Source: Promethearchaeati archaeon SRVP18_Atabeyarchaeia-1
GTDB taxonomy: Archaea; Asgardarchaeota; Atabeyarchaeia; Atabeyarchaeales; Atabeyarchaeaceae
Assembly: GCA_037308085.1 (NCBI GenBank)
Contig: CP147779.1
Span: 1,856,001 to 1,920,000 of the forward strand
Reading direction: 5' to 3'
DNA: 64,000 bases
The translations under genes and the position numbers were made by a program. Below, piece by piece: positions 1 to 10,262 of the stretch; position 1 is the stretch's first letter; each line of letters starts with the position of its first letter. Below the pieces are notes generated by a model that saw nothing but the letters and a program-made list of their open reading frames with translations, made no database searches and was not told the origin of the DNA.

Positions 1-856
1 CAACGAAACCGCACAGAGTGCAATCACTCTTGCTCAACAGGAGCTTGAGGCAGCGGGATATGTATTCCTTCAGCCACCGGGGACGATCTCAGACTTGGCT
101 GCTGGCGCTTCAAGTGGCACTACGATTACTTTGACTTGGACGGCACCCGGCGCTCATGGCATGAGCGGAAACGTTTCGAGCTACGTTGTCAAATACTCCG
201 AAAGTGGGGCCGTAACCCCCTCAAATTGGGGATCGGCAACAAACTTCACTCAATCGTGGAAGCCAGCCAAGAATGGAACCCTGGAAACGCGTACAATTTC
301 TGGTCTTGACAACGCCACGAGATACTGGTTTGCAGTAGAAGCTTGCGACAACGCGACGCACTGCGGTGATGTTTCGAACAGCCCGATGGGTATAACTGCC
401 GACGCTTTTCCGCCTGCCACAATAGCCGACCTCGCAGCGGGTAGTGCAACTGCTAACTCGATCACTTTAAGTTGGACTGCGCCTGGTGGGAATGGCACAC
501 TAGGTAAAGCGGCCGGCTACGTAGTTAGGTATTCTACGAGCGGGCCCATAACCGTGGTCAACTGGGCATCCGCGAAGAACTATACTCAGTTTTGGGCACC
601 TCTTCCCGCGGGCAGCATAGAGAGTCACGTGATAAATGGGCTAAACACAAGTACCCTGTACTGGTTTGCAGTCAGGGCGTACGACGGGGTTCCCAACATG
701 GGCGGTGTCTCCAATAGTCCAAGCGAATCAACAACTAGCGGAGGAGGCGGGCAGCCTGGTGGAGCTCTTCCCATCGAAGTAATAGCTCTAGTCGGTATCG
801 CAGGAGTGGCGGCAGCCACCGTGGCGGTGGCTATCGCGAAGATCCGCAAGAGATAG
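1..856 (+). CDS. 5'-truncated cell-surface protein with two fibronectin type III domains and a C-terminal TM anchor
   Basis: Frame is open from position 2. Two repeats of ITLxWTAPG...YVVxYS...GL...YWFAV; ends in a hydrophobic helix plus KIRKR. Confidence 0.85.
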   Translation, partial: NETAQSAITLAQQELEAAGYVFLQPPGTISDLAAGASSGTTITLTWTAPGAHGMSGNVSSYVVKYSESGAVTPSNWGSATNFTQSWKPAKNGTLETRTISGLDNATRYWFAVEACDNATHCGDVSNSPMGITADAFPPATIADLAAGSATANSITLSWTAPGGNGTLGKAAGYVVRYSTSGPITVVNWASAKNYTQFWAPLPAGSIESHVINGLNTSTLYWFAVRAYDGVPNMGGVSNSPSESTTSGGGGQPGGALPIEVIALVGIAGVAAATVAVAIAKIRKR

Positions 857-1410
857 AGGTCTGAATAGGACACACTACACAGACCACAACCTCCTTTTTT
901 CATGAATGCAGGTTGAAAGACCCGCGTAATAGACTTGGAGGCTCACAGGATCGGCGTGTTCATTGCAGACCAAGAAGTCCAGCCAAAAGAATGCGGTTCG
1001 ATGATTCCCCTTACACACAGAACTGCGGAAGGTCTATTTCGCATCTAAAAGAATCGCAGACGCCTCGAAGAACCATTACCGCTTCAATGGTACTTGGACA
1101 ATTGTTTATTTCGACCCGCCAAGCGATCCTCCTCGTGGCCTTCTGCAGAGGTTTCTCCTTCGGGAGATGAATTCATATGATTGCCAAAGTAGGCGTACTG
1201 GGAGCGGGGCTTGCGGTGCCAGTGCTGGTTCTTCTCGCCGCCGCAGTCACAAAGAAGCGTTAATACCAAACGCAGCTCTAATACTCACATAGTGATGTGC
1301 TACAGAATAACCCAAGCATATGAAATGCAACGCGCCGCAAGCTGGGCGCCGTTTACACAAATTATGGGCGGCTTCCGTTCTTCGTCGATCATATCCTCCT
1401 GAGGAGACAA

Positions 1411-1710
1411 TCACTTGAGCCCCCCAAGAAGCGTGTCAAACATCTGTTGAGTTCTTGTAGCTTTGATACAGCAATACTCGTCTCTCGAGCCCGCTCGAAC
1501 TGCAACTGGACAGCTTCTGCAAATGCATCCCTTCTCCTTTGCAATCTTTAGGCTTCTCACATTAACTCCGCAAAAGTTCTCCTGAACCTCACCCGTTCCT
1601 TTGTACGTTGGGCATCCAGGGCAGTCACACTTCAAGTCCTTTTCCCCGGGGGGATTCCACGGTTTCGCCTGACTAACCTTTTTCTTGTCTTTTTCAGACA
1701 TGGGGTTCAA
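1411..1710 (-). CDS. Small Cys-rich protein, DUF2769-like
   Basis: CxCPxCPTY...FC...KGCICxxCPV...YCC pattern. Confidence 0.7.
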   Translation of the reverse strand: MNPMSEKDKKKVSQAKPWNPPGEKDLKCDCPGCPTYKGTGEVQENFCGVNVRSLKIAKEKGCICRSCPVAVRAGSRDEYCCIKATRTQQMFDTLLGGLK

Positions 1711-1939
1711 GTTCCCGCGTCACTCCCTCGAATTCATCAGTCGACCTCCGTTCACTGCTCTATCTAGTACTCTTCCCTATAAGTGTGCCCGAGGATCAAG
1801 AATGATGTCCACGGATGCAAGACTCAACGAAGAAGGCTGATGCCACCAAGATTACGCAGAAGCGATTAAGAGCCTGGCGAGCGGATCAACTGGGAAGTAC
1901 GAAGTTGACAAATATGGGAAGATGCCCTCATAGAAGGTA

Positions 1940-2121
1940 CCGCAAGGAGACTGCCCTTTTCAGGGGGTGGAGGAATTGCGGAAACACTTTCATGGAGTTC
2001 CTAGGTTCGGCAGATAACATGAATTGTGGATGCTTGGGACACCTCGAAGTGGTGTAGCCACTGCGGTGCCGTGGCTAAGCGCAGGCACTCCGCCAACTAC
2101 GCGCTCTTCAATTGCCCTCGT
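1940..2121 (+). mobile_element. Internally deleted IS200/IS605 (tnpB) relic
   Basis: Left-end-like hairpin ccgcaa-ggagactgcccttttcagggggtggaggaa-ttgcgg resembles 12061-12104. From 2041 it reads TSKWCSHCGAVAKRRHSANYALFNCP, a TnpB zinc-ribbon fragment. Confidence 0.65.
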
Positions 2122-2147
2122 GGGCGACTATGCGATAGGGGTGCTGA

Positions 2148-3158
2148 ATGGTGACAGATTGGAGATCGTTACTCAAAGGTGATGCCATTGACTGGCTGCT
2201 GGATTATGATAATCCCTCAGTTCGGTGTTTCGCTTTGGCTGATATCCTGGAAAGACACAGCGATGATCCTGATGTGAGCGAGGCAAAAGCGGCAATTATG
2301 GGGACAGGAGCTGTGCGCGAGATTCTGGCAAAGCAGAAGAACGACGGATACTGGGGAACTGCTCAGAGCTTCTACACCGCCAAATACAAGGGAACCGTGT
2401 GGCAGCTTCTGGTCTTGGCGGAACTCGGAGCTGATGGCAAGGATGAAAGAATCAGAAAGGCATGTGAGTTTATTCTTGAGAACTCTCAGGATCGAGTAAG
2501 TTGGGGTTTCTCTCCGTGGCAAAGCGTGAAGACTGGAGGAGGAAGGTATGCTGGCGTCATACCATGCTTGACAGGCAACATGGTTTGGAGCCTAATCAGA
2601 CTCGGTTACATCGATGATCCTAGGATTCAAAGAGGGATCGAATGGATTGCCAAATACCAGCGCTTCGATGACGGGGTGAAGGAAGCGGCAAAAGGCTGGC
2701 CCTACGATAAGTTGGTAATGTGTTTCGGAAAGCATTCCTGCCATATGGGCGTCGTTAAGGCATTGAAGGCTTTGGCGGAGATCCCTGCCGACAAGAGATC
2801 CAAGGATTTGAAGAACACGATAGAAAAAGGAGCTGAATACATGCTCAAGCATCACATTTACAGGAAGAGCCACGATCTGAGTCAAAATTCCAAGCCTGGA
2901 TGGCTGCACTTCGGATTTCCCCTTATGTACCAGACCGATGCCCTTGAGATCCTAGACGTTCTAACCAAGCTCCGCTACAGGGATGATCGGATGCAAGAAG
3001 CAGTTGACCTTGTCGTCTCCAAGCAAGATGAACATGGAAGGTGGAAGCTCGAAAACACTTTCAATGGGAAGTTCCATGTGGATATTGAACAGAAGGGTGA
3101 ACCGTCGAAGTGGATCACTCTGCGCGCTCTAAGAGCGATCAAGAGATTCTATAGTTGA
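2148..3158 (+). CDS. Prenyltransferase/squalene-cyclase-like alpha/alpha-barrel protein, function unknown
   Basis: QW-like repeats (Q-x-x-DGYW, KQDEHGRW), YKGTVWQL, PSKWITLRAL. Confidence 0.75.
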   Translation: MVTDWRSLLKGDAIDWLLDYDNPSVRCFALADILERHSDDPDVSEAKAAIMGTGAVREILAKQKNDGYWGTAQSFYTAKYKGTVWQLLVLAELGADGKDERIRKACEFILENSQDRVSWGFSPWQSVKTGGGRYAGVIPCLTGNMVWSLIRLGYIDDPRIQRGIEWIAKYQRFDDGVKEAAKGWPYDKLVMCFGKHSCHMGVVKALKALAEIPADKRSKDLKNTIEKGAEYMLKHHIYRKSHDLSQNSKPGWLHFGFPLMYQTDALEILDVLTKLRYRDDRMQEAVDLVVSKQDEHGRWKLENTFNGKFHVDIEQKGEPSKWITLRALRAIKRFYS

Positions 3159-3259
3159 ATGCGGGTGCCTAGTGGCATATGTTGGATCAGCGACAGCTGA
3201 AGCTTGAAGAAGGTAGCTTGCGGAGAAGGATCTTCGGAGAATAGTTGTCTGCGAGCGAT

Positions 3260-3943
3260 TTATCTTGAGAACTCGCCAATGTAGCCTTCTATGTATTTGC
3301 GCACTTTCTCTTTTCCTCTAATGACTCCGAAGTGTCCTTCGCAGAGTATGTCTGCGTTCAGGTCCCTCTCTTTCTTCAGGGAGTCAACGAAGTCCACTCT
3401 GCTTGAGCCGAACTCCTCAAACAGCGGTCCGTGGACATCTTGGGCGAAGATGACTCGCTCTCCTCCTATATCGACGAAGGGGCATACTCCGCCCGGTGTG
3501 TGTCCCGGTATGTGCATGATCTTTATATTGTGCTTGCCTATTGCGAATACATCCATTGGCTTGGTGAGTCTCACGTCGACTTTCACAGGCTCATAGGGAA
3601 CATTGTAGAGCGCCGCGCCAGTTTCTACTCCGCCTGCTTCGATCGTTCTGGTGTCAGGATCATGAGCATATACCTTGAATTTCAGCGCCCTCTTCAGGTT
3701 TGCCGAGTTGCCGATGTGGTCGATGTGACTATGAGTAATGATGTGGTGTGCAATGCGTTTAGGCTCAAAGCCGAGGCTTTGGATGTTTCTCAGAATCAGC
3801 TCAGGGTTCGTCAAGCCAGAATCAACCAGTACTAGTTGATCCTTTTCGGTGTCGATGAGGTACACCATGCAGTCACCACTGCTGGAGACGCCACTTCCAC
3901 CAACACAATAGACGTCATTGGTGACTTTAAATGCACCAACCAT
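3260..3943 (-). CDS. Metallo-beta-lactamase-fold hydrolase
   Basis: THSHIDHIG, PGHTPG and LCEGH motifs; start placed at MVGAFK. Confidence 0.9.
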   Translation of the reverse strand: MVGAFKVTNDVYCVGGSGVSSSGDCMVYLIDTEKDQLVLVDSGLTNPELILRNIQSLGFEPKRIAHHIITHSHIDHIGNSANLKRALKFKVYAHDPDTRTIEAGGVETGAALYNVPYEPVKVDVRLTKPMDVFAIGKHNIKIMHIPGHTPGGVCPFVDIGGERVIFAQDVHGPLFEEFGSSRVDFVDSLKKERDLNADILCEGHFGVIRGKEKVRKYIEGYIGEFSR

Positions 3944-4089
3944 CTTTCCCCACACCTCCGGCACTGCAATAACGGTGTTTGATTCTCCGCTCTTCTCATG
4001 TACACTTGGCACTTCTTAATTCTTTTGCTATTCTCTGATAGCTGGGTTGATCCGACAAAAACCCTTATTCCGCCAATTGCGCGATAGGC

Positions 4090-5106
4090 TTGCGAAACCA
4101 GAGAAACAAACACAACAGAAATGAAACCTTGACAAGCAAGTTAAGGAAGGGGAGTCCTCAGTACTTGGAGGTACGTAACTATTCGCCAGACATGATCCAC
4201 AAGTACTTCAGGTTTTACAATAGGGCAAGGGCTGACCGCCCCGACTATGAGGAAACCACTGTTGAGGCTATTCACGCCTTCTTCACTCCGCCGTACTACG
4301 ACCCAAAAGGGCACTTTTTGGCCATGGTTGACAACGAGATAGTTGCTGATGCTCTCGGTTCCCGAAACCTTTCGTACATGATCCTCCCTGAAGGCAAGAT
4401 TGGCTTTATTCTCAACGTTCTGCCTGGGTACAGAAGAAGAGGAATCGGTCGCCAACTGCTCGAAACCGCCATCGGCCGCTTTCTGAGCAGAGGCATGAAG
4501 ATGGCCGTTATTGATGATGTTCATGCGAAGTGCAAGGGCAGCATAGAATTCTATGAGAAACTTGGATTCAAGAAGGCAGGAAGCAGCTACTGGATGGAGC
4601 GAGATCTCTCAGATTTAGGCGAATCTGATTCACAGCGGCCGGAGCCCAGAGCGTACCGCATCAGATCCCTGACTGACCGCGACGAGCTAGAGGAATTCAG
4701 AATTACCGTGAATGAAGCGTTCTCAGACACACTTGGTTTCACGCCACTTAATAGGGAGCAATTCGAGAAGAGATATCTGGATAGACCAGTTTTCGATGTA
4801 AGTGGATTTCTCGTAGCCGTCCACAAGGAATCGAATAAGATAGTCGGCACAACAGCTAGCCTGATCGAAACTGACGACGCAAAGAAGGAGACCTTCGGTC
4901 ACATAAGAGCAGTCGGGGTGCTAATCCCTCACAGGAGAAAGGGACTTGCCAGGTCCTTGATGACGAGAAGCTTAAGCTGGCTAGCCTCGCACAATATGCC
5001 TGTGGCAAGGCTAGGAACGAACAACCAGCACGCATTCAGAATCTACCGCTCGCTAGGCTTCAAAGTGCTTCATGAATATGCCCGATTCGAGAAGGCATAC
5101 GCCTAG
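4090..5106 (+). CDS. Tandem GNAT acetyltransferase; true start uncertain
   Basis: Two acetyl-CoA motifs (VLPGYRRRGIG, VLIPHRRKGLA) with FYEKLGF and IYRSLGF. Confidence 0.85.
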   Translation: MRNQRNKHNRNETLTSKLRKGSPQYLEVRNYSPDMIHKYFRFYNRARADRPDYEETTVEAIHAFFTPPYYDPKGHFLAMVDNEIVADALGSRNLSYMILPEGKIGFILNVLPGYRRRGIGRQLLETAIGRFLSRGMKMAVIDDVHAKCKGSIEFYEKLGFKKAGSSYWMERDLSDLGESDSQRPEPRAYRIRSLTDRDELEEFRITVNEAFSDTLGFTPLNREQFEKRYLDRPVFDVSGFLVAVHKESNKIVGTTASLIETDDAKKETFGHIRAVGVLIPHRRKGLARSLMTRSLSWLASHNMPVARLGTNNQHAFRIYRSLGFKVLHEYARFEKAYA

Positions 5107-5122
5107 TCGGGGCATGTACATC

Positions 5123-5902
5123 CTAAATCTGCTCCTTGATTGCGTTGACCATGGAGTTGAAAATCCTTTCTCCGAGTTTGCCATCCGCCTTAATCATCCT
5201 GCTTGACTTGAAGTGCTCGAGGCACTCACCATTGAGCCTTCGAAGTACACTGAATTTCTCGCCTCCGAACTCAATGAATCCTCCCAGTCCGGCGATTGCG
5301 GGCCATCTTCTGAGGGCCTCCATCGGGTCTCGTTTGGCCACTCTGTTCAGTTCACCCAATCTTTTCGCATCAATGATTCCTAGGTAGGCAGCCACAGAAT
5401 GCTCTGCGATGTATGCATGCTCTCCTGAGTATCCCAGCGGAATTCTTACTGCTTCCGGAACAAAGACATCGACTGGAACTCCAAGATGATCGGTGTACTT
5501 CCCGATCATCGCCAACAACCGGGTGTTTCCGCCATGACCATTCAGGATCACGACTTTCTTAGGTCTCTCTGAAAGTTGTTCCAGGTTGAACTGCATGAAC
5601 TTGAGCGTCTTGTCAGCGAATTCCTCGAAGGGAAGGTAACGCGGCGACCAGTACTTTGCTATGTCGCCCGTCATGTCCGTTGAGAAAGGGATGTGGGCGA
5701 GATAGCTTGCGCCTGAAACGTTGGCAACCTTCACGGCAATCGCCTTCGCAACTCTACTATCGATGTCTTTAGGCAGAGCAGGCCCATGCGCTTCATAGTC
5801 GTTCCCAATGCTGAAAAGCGCCACGCCAGCCTCAGACTCCCCAAAGGGGCCATAACCGCCAATCTCATCTAGGGTTACGCGAGAAGGATCTGTCAAGGTC
5901 AA
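5123..5902 (-). CDS. Creatininase-family amidohydrolase, ArfB-like
   Basis: EAHGPALPxDID, NGHGGN and HA...E motifs. Confidence 0.75.
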   Translation of the reverse strand: MTLTDPSRVTLDEIGGYGPFGESEAGVALFSIGNDYEAHGPALPKDIDSRVAKAIAVKVANVSGASYLAHIPFSTDMTGDIAKYWSPRYLPFEEFADKTLKFMQFNLEQLSERPKKVVILNGHGGNTRLLAMIGKYTDHLGVPVDVFVPEAVRIPLGYSGEHAYIAEHSVAAYLGIIDAKRLGELNRVAKRDPMEALRRWPAIAGLGGFIEFGGEKFSVLRRLNGECLEHFKSSRMIKADGKLGERIFNSMVNAIKEQI

Positions 5903-6011
5903 TCACCACAGCCAGTGTCTTCTAACTCTATTAGTCTACACGAGTAGATATAGGCGAGGGCAAAATAGAAAAGACTATATTTATGGGGAACGAGATATTC
6001 CCTCCATCACA

Positions 6012-6941
6012 GTGCAAAACTTGTCCGGTCTGAGCGGAGGAGGTGCGGGAATCATGTTCCTCGATCATGCAATTGCTCTAGGCTTATCTGCTGGGGCGGT
6101 CTCTTTGGCAAAAGCCACTTTGAGCATGCCTTCTTCTGTGGAAGGCGCCCCGTTTGACTACATTGATCCCACATTGGGGATCTTGCTGGTCATGTTCTTT
6201 ATCATGGTTATTTTCATAGCAGCCGTGGCTTCCACTGGTTCAAGAGCACACCACCCCCCATCTCCGCGAACTGAGGCTGTTACCTTTGAGAGACAGACCC
6301 CCGTGGGGCCTCTAATCGAGGCGCTGAAAAGCACTGACTGGGAAACCAGGCGGGAAATGGTGTCAGCGCTGGGAAACATTGGTGACGAGCGGGCAGTCAC
6401 CCCCTTGACAGGAGTTCTGCTTCACGATGAGAATAACGAAGTCCGGCAGGAGGCTGCCAGTTGGCTGGGGCATCTGTGTAGCGAACAAGCGGTTCCCTTT
6501 CTACTGAAAGTAGTTAAGGATTACCTCGATGGTGCCGAGAAAGCGGTCAACGTGGTTATAGCCTCGGCTATAGCCCTTGGAGAAATCGGGAGCCAAGAGT
6601 CACTCGCCACACTGAGGAGACTGGCAACAGATCTAGGACAGAAAGGCATGGTAGAAGATCTGAGGAAGGTCAATCATGCGACCAAAGATATACAACTGGC
6701 TAACGACTTAACTCGCAAGAAGTGCATCGTGTGCAATCTCCCACTTGGGAAAGATGAGCAGCTAGTTCAGTGCCCCTTCTGCAAGAACGTTGCCCACAAG
6801 GACCACATGCTGGACTGGCTAAGCGGAAGGGACTATTGCCCTACATGCAGAACAAAGGTCAAGGGATCACAGTTGATCCCCATTCAATTTCAGTCGCTCG
6901 CCGCCGTGCCGAAGTCTCGCCCCGTAAAAAGGAAGCAATAG
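6012..6941 (+). CDS. Membrane protein with HEAT/PBS repeats and a C-terminal RING-like finger
   Basis: TM helix; ALGNIGDERAV-type repeats; CIVC-x12-CPFC-x4-HKDH-x3-W-x6-CPTCR. Confidence 0.8.
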   Translation: MQNLSGLSGGGAGIMFLDHAIALGLSAGAVSLAKATLSMPSSVEGAPFDYIDPTLGILLVMFFIMVIFIAAVASTGSRAHHPPSPRTEAVTFERQTPVGPLIEALKSTDWETRREMVSALGNIGDERAVTPLTGVLLHDENNEVRQEAASWLGHLCSEQAVPFLLKVVKDYLDGAEKAVNVVIASAIALGEIGSQESLATLRRLATDLGQKGMVEDLRKVNHATKDIQLANDLTRKKCIVCNLPLGKDEQLVQCPFCKNVAHKDHMLDWLSGRDYCPTCRTKVKGSQLIPIQFQSLAAVPKSRPVKRKQ

Positions 6942-7226
6942 TCTAGGGAGTAGATTGGAGCGGGGCTTTCAATTCCACACCCGAAGATGCAGGGTGACCT
7001 ATGCTGTCCTGAATCGTGTCGGGAATCCACGTGGATGAAATTGCGGAGAAACATTCTGTGAAGAGGCGGGAACTCGAGATCAGCGGCTGGAAAGAGCCCA
7101 CACCGTGTCAAATATCTCCTCGATCATCTTTGCTATCAATGGAGAGTTCATGTATACTTTGCCAACATGGACTTCATGCTTAATCCTGTGTGGTGCTTCG
7201 TGCGGCTGAAGCAGTATCTGATTATC

Positions 7227-7913
7227 CTAAGCATTCTTTCTCCTCGATCTGATAACCACGACTGGGATCACCACGGCGAGAAGACCGACCGCGAATGCGG
7301 CGCCCACCAATACAACCGTCCCTAGTGCCCCATAGTCAACAGACCATAGACTCGTGGACGTCATCATCAATGTCTCAGAATAGCTACCCGAAATCGAAGA
7401 CATTTCCGCAGACATTTCAACCAGAATGCCTGTCAGCTGATCCCAGTAAATGTCCTCTGAAACCGTATTGCCCTGAAAAGAGGCCCCCATACTAAGGAGG
7501 TTGCAGTTTCTCTCCGTTCCAGCGACAGCCACTGGTATAGTCTGATTGATCACGATGGGCGATCCTGGTGAAATGGGATCCCCCTGCGTCAGATTTGCCG
7601 GTATGAGAAAGAACATCAGCGTCAAGAAGCCGCTGTAGGAAGCCAAGTCTCCACTCAACTTCAGACTATATGCGACATGTCCCTGAGCGTCGTAGAAGGT
7701 TTCGGTAAGGTTGACGGTAGTCCCGCTTACTGTTGTGACGTCGACGCGCACCTTGACGCTTCCAGAAACCAACGAGACTGACTCTGAATATTCTGCCCAG
7801 TCCCCCGGCTTAACTCCGACGCCGTACACCGCGCCTTGCGCAGGAGTCGAAACGGCAGCGCCGACCAGAAGCGCCGAAAGGAGCACCAAACCATAGATCC
7901 TGCTCTTATTCAA
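7227..7913 (-). CDS. Secreted, membrane-anchored hypothetical protein
   Basis: Signal peptide, GVKPGDWAEY, YWDQLTGIL, C-terminal TM plus RSRRK. Confidence 0.8.
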   Translation of the reverse strand: MNKSRIYGLVLLSALLVGAAVSTPAQGAVYGVGVKPGDWAEYSESVSLVSGSVKVRVDVTTVSGTTVNLTETFYDAQGHVAYSLKLSGDLASYSGFLTLMFFLIPANLTQGDPISPGSPIVINQTIPVAVAGTERNCNLLSMGASFQGNTVSEDIYWDQLTGILVEMSAEMSSISGSYSETLMMTSTSLWSVDYGALGTVVLVGAAFAVGLLAVVIPVVVIRSRRKNA

Positions 7914-8318
7914 AAGGCTCTCCTCCTCCCTGGTTCTTAACTTTCCCTGTCACTCTCACGCGACGGGTTGGGTATTTAAGCCTATACGTATGGGTCGTCC
8001 GCTTGCTGGGACGATTCGGCGTGGAGAGAGGCTAGATTGGCGATCTGGAACGGGTTCTCTGAGTAGAGTTGGCTTGTCTCGTAGACTTGCACGCAGCAAC
8101 TGGTTCCAGGGATCCTATCACTCGAGAGGAGTTCGAGGGTGGCTGCTCAGATTCTAGGGTTGATCGCCGACATTGTCAACCTTGCATGCAATTGAGTTGC
8201 CGCAGGCTTGCAGCATGGCGTACTTGGTTTCAAGAAGAGGGAAGAATATAAATAGCATGAGATCTTGAGTTTTCCAGCTGATGAAAGCCGACCGACTTAT
8301 TGGAGGGTTTACTAGAGA

Positions 8319-8861
8319 ATGGTTAAGGATATGACTGAGGCAAACCTTCGCAGCGCTTATGGTGGCGAGAGCCAGGCGCACATGAGGTATAGCATATATG
8401 CTGACCGGGCGAAAGACAAGTTCCCCAACGTGTCTCGATTGTTCACTGCCGCAGCAGCTGCAGAGACGATACATGCGACCAATCACTATAAGAACATCAG
8501 GAGCAAAGGTTCGACCAGCGTTGTTTCAGGCGCCATCTTTGGAACAACGAACACCACAGAGGACCTCCAGGCGGGCATCGACGGGGAGTCCTTCGAAATT
8601 AATGAGATGTACCCAGTTTACATCACCGTAGCCAAATTCCAGGCAGAGAAGGGCGCCGAGACCAGCTTCAGTTGGGCTCTGGCTGCAGAAAAGAACCATC
8701 TTGCTCTCTACCAGAAAGCCAAGCAAGCAGTAGACAAGGGCAAGGATCCGACTCTGGGACCGGTTCAAGTATGCGGTAACTGCGGATACACTATAGAGGG
8801 AAACGCTCCAGCCAAGTGTCCTATCTGCGGCGCTTCGATGGAAAGATTCAAGGCTTACTAG
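8319..8861 (+). CDS. rbr: Rubrerythrin
   Basis: AYGGESQA, ETIHA and EKNH diiron motifs; C-terminal CGNCGY...CPICG. Confidence 0.92.
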   Translation: MVKDMTEANLRSAYGGESQAHMRYSIYADRAKDKFPNVSRLFTAAAAAETIHATNHYKNIRSKGSTSVVSGAIFGTTNTTEDLQAGIDGESFEINEMYPVYITVAKFQAEKGAETSFSWALAAEKNHLALYQKAKQAVDKGKDPTLGPVQVCGNCGYTIEGNAPAKCPICGASMERFKAY

Positions 8862-9086
8862 TTGAAGGAGACACGGGAAGAAGGTCTATCTGTCAGGGAG
8901 TTCGTCCGGGGAACTCTCAACTCCCCTTATTCTTTTCAGGAGTTTTGCAGAACTGAGGCGAGCTTCGCCACGGGAAACGGTCTCGACGTCAACAATTGAT
9001 GAATTCTGGCATGAAGAATGCCCATGGTGCGCCAAGCTAGCGCCAATTATCGGCGAGGCCCTCGGCAAAGTCGGCGAATTCATGGC

Positions 9087-9662
9087 CTACCTCATGGCTG
9101 ATTGTACCAGACTCTTTGGCAGCTGATCCTCGAGCACCTTGTAGTCTAGCTTCTGGCTACATGATGGGCATAAGCCCCTCGTATGGATCCACACGAGGAA
9201 ATCGTCTCTGTGAGCGACAGTTCCGCAGTGAGGGCAGAAGACTATGGGATCGGTCTTTGTGATGCTCTCGTGGCAGACTGCGCATAGTAGTTCCTGGCTT
9301 ACCATTGACAGCCTCTTCGCCAGATCTAGGTCAGACTCCTCTTGAGAGGACGATGTCATCGCCCTTTGTGTTGCTTCGAGATTGGAGCCACAGTTGTGAC
9401 AGAAGCTTTGATCCTGCGATTTAAGGGTCGCGCCACAGTATGGGCAGAACCTCGTGCTGAAGCGGGTCACAGGCTGGGTCCTCCTCAAAGCGGGCGAGTT
9501 CGTCGCCACTCCTTCTCTCGATCGTGGTCTGCCATTCGTTGACACCGCTATCGAGACAACTAAGAGCGTAAAGAAGAGAATCGCTATCAAAGGACCAAGA
9601 ATGAGTACAGGAGCAAAGACAGCGAAATACATTCTTATGTCAGCCCTCCCTAAACCGAACAA
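9087..9662 (-). CDS. TM plus zinc ribbon plus RING-like protein
   Basis: N-terminal TM; FCPYCG/FCHNCG; CAVC...CPHC...HRDD...W...CPSC. Confidence 0.8.
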   Translation of the reverse strand: MFGLGRADIRMYFAVFAPVLILGPLIAILFFTLLVVSIAVSTNGRPRSREGVATNSPALRRTQPVTRFSTRFCPYCGATLKSQDQSFCHNCGSNLEATQRAMTSSSQEESDLDLAKRLSMVSQELLCAVCHESITKTDPIVFCPHCGTVAHRDDFLVWIHTRGLCPSCSQKLDYKVLEDQLPKSLVQSAMR

Positions 9663-9838
9663 TCATATGACTAATCGATGTACTATTGATGCAAAGTCCA
9701 CTAATAAGATAATCGCTTGTGCAAACTGAAGGTACAGTTCTGCCCAGATTTCACGCCTATGGAACTTTCCCTGCCGGGTTGGGGTTGAGGCCCCAGACAA
9801 AAAACAGGAGGCAAGGGGCGGTGCAGGATCAGGTCTTC

Positions 9839-9958
9839 CTACTTCTTCTTGGGCTGCTTCTGCTTCTTACCTCTTCCCTGCATGTGCCTCATCTTGTTAT
9901 CAACTTTCTCGCCTTTCTGCTGCTTCACGACTTCTTGTTTCTCTTCCTCTTCTCCCAT
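9839..9958 (-). CDS. 39-aa small charged protein (MGEEEEKQEVVKQQKGEKVDNKMRHMQGRGKKQKQPKKK), absent from the ORF track
   Basis: GGAGG upstream, ATG start, TAG stop, purine-rich coding pattern. Confidence 0.5.
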   Translation of the reverse strand: MGEEEEKQEVVKQQKGEKVDNKMRHMQGRGKKQKQPKKK

Positions 9959-10262
9959 TTCATTTCGCCTCCCTTGGCGGTTGTTCTGACCGTCGCTGGT
10001 AACAAGGTACTCTGTGTGACCTATAATAATGATCTCGGTTAGTCACAATACGCTCCTTAGCAAGCAATCGCATCGGGGTGAAACCCTCATGAAGCAGGAT
10101 ACGAGGGCTAGGCTAGGGGCGGTGTGACCGACCTCGGCAAGGTTCGTGGTACTGGGGGGTGTAGAATTGAGATAATCACAATTCAGTCTCTACCACTCTC
10201 GAGAGTTCGCATGAATTCTTATATAGGATGGCTATAATTCTGAGAGTAGGCGGTGTCGTAGT

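Noticed and set aside
8886-9083. Fourth RING-like gene
   Set aside because: Only HHGH..C is present; no full Cys pattern.
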